Positions 63,031-64,000 of a stretch of DNA of 64,000 bases are shown here, in pieces. The stretch is from Takakia lepidozioides (lineage: Eukaryota > Plantae > Bryophyta): assembly GCA_030704615.1 (NCBI GenBank), contig CM060731.1:34658001-34722000 (forward strand), read 5' to 3'. Position numbers and translations under genes: made by a program. Position 1 is the first letter of the stretch, and each line of letters opens with the position of its first letter. The notes under the pieces were generated by a model. That model had not been told where the DNA came from. It was given only the letters and a program-made list of their open reading frames with translations, and did no database searches.

Positions 63031-63459
63031 TGTACTGGTTCTGGTAGGTCATCTAACACGTGTCTTTATTCGATTAGTTTATAAAACCATTAATGTTATT
63101 TTATCTATTTATTTCATATAAATTTTATTTATTGTTTTGATATTCAGATATGTTTCAATATACAGAGCAATATATTTAATTGAATGAAAGAATTTCACAC
63201 AAATACACAGATTGTTGAATGTCGATCATACAACAAAAAAACAATGGGAAAAATGTTCCCATGGATGCCGCAAAGGCTCTACAATGAGCATTCAAGAAGC
63301 CTGAAATGCCACATGGATAAATAACCAAGCCTCAAAGGCTACAAGTCCCAAAACCCAAGCCCACACCGGGCCTGCAGTCCACTAGTACTCATACAATTGA
63401 AGAGTTCTATTTACAAATCACCATTGTGGCATATTTTCAACTACATTGCATCACATAGT

Positions 63460-64000
63460 GCCACCATTGACTGGGATCAGAAAAGTAATCATTCCACAGC
63501 TTCTCGTCATTTGCCCATAGGTCTCCAAAGCCTCCATCCCGCGCCCTTGTTGTGCATATCCTGCAATCATCACACTCCACAACACCAGGACAACACCACA
63601 TGTCGTTCAGCCATACTGTCGAACATTCCCTTTGCATCCTCAATGCACCCACATTTGGCATACATGTCCACCAGGGCAGTGTTCAGAATGACAAGTGCAA
63701 TTCCAGATTTGATGATGCCACCATGCATCTCTTTGCCCTTTTCCAGGGCTGCCAGGCTTGCACGAGCTTTGCAAACACACAAACGTGATCTGGTTACACT
63801 TCACCCCTTCCCCCACCATTTGCTCATAGGTCTCCAAGGCCTCCATCTCGCGCCCCTGCTGTGCATATCCTGCAAGCATGGCATTCCATGACACCATATC
63901 TTGTTCAGCCATACTGTCGAACACTCCCTTTGCATCCTCGATGCACCCACATTTTGCATACATGTCCAGGGGCTTTCACCCCTTCCCCCATCATTTGATC
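63460..64000 (-). pseudogene. Rearranged PLS-PPR fragment with half a PDF motif
   Basis: DMYAKCGCIEDAKGVFD repeats closely similar to the 6596-9502 gene; frameshifted; ends in EKLWNDYFSDPSQWW. Confidence 0.85.

Noticed and set aside
63030-63050. CACTA terminus of the large host element
   Set aside because: No TAGTG end and no matching left TIR found; linkage to the transposase fragment at 33 kb is unproven.

Overview
Eukaryotic nuclear DNA from a land plant, probably a non-seed plant (inferred from gene and TE content, not established). The first ~28 kb holds host genes: two tandem SDR/carbonyl-reductase paralogues, a PLS-DYW PPR editing factor with a spliced N-terminal OSB-type PDF motif, an F-box gene and an 8-exon TOC75-III, plus MITEs, a SINE and LINE debris. 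The remaining ~36 kb is nested mobile DNA. The main find is a young 11.8-kb Ty3/Gypsy-type retroelement (38601-50392, minus strand, 4-bp TSD AACA). It encodes Gag-protease-DNMT3-like cytosine methyltransferase-RT-RNaseH-DDE integrase-PHD. Its ends are not an ordinary LTR pair but split direct repeats, B...PPT-A-gc-B-A, and it has a self-complementary primer site. That layout is what integration of a 2-LTR circle cut at the internal palindrome GACA|GC|TGTC would produce (inference). A diverged relative at 28977 starts at the same terminus. This element and a Galadriel-like chromovirus (55097-62000) are both inserted in a large intron-containing element. That element encodes a ParB-like plus degenerate amino-methyltransferase-like protein, two FCP1-like phosphatase domains and a Pol II CTD-like YSPASP peptide, and carries five copies of a 24-bp palindrome. 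Many ORFs have single-base frameshifts, some of which may be assembly errors. All protein assignments come from motif recognition by eye; no searches were run.
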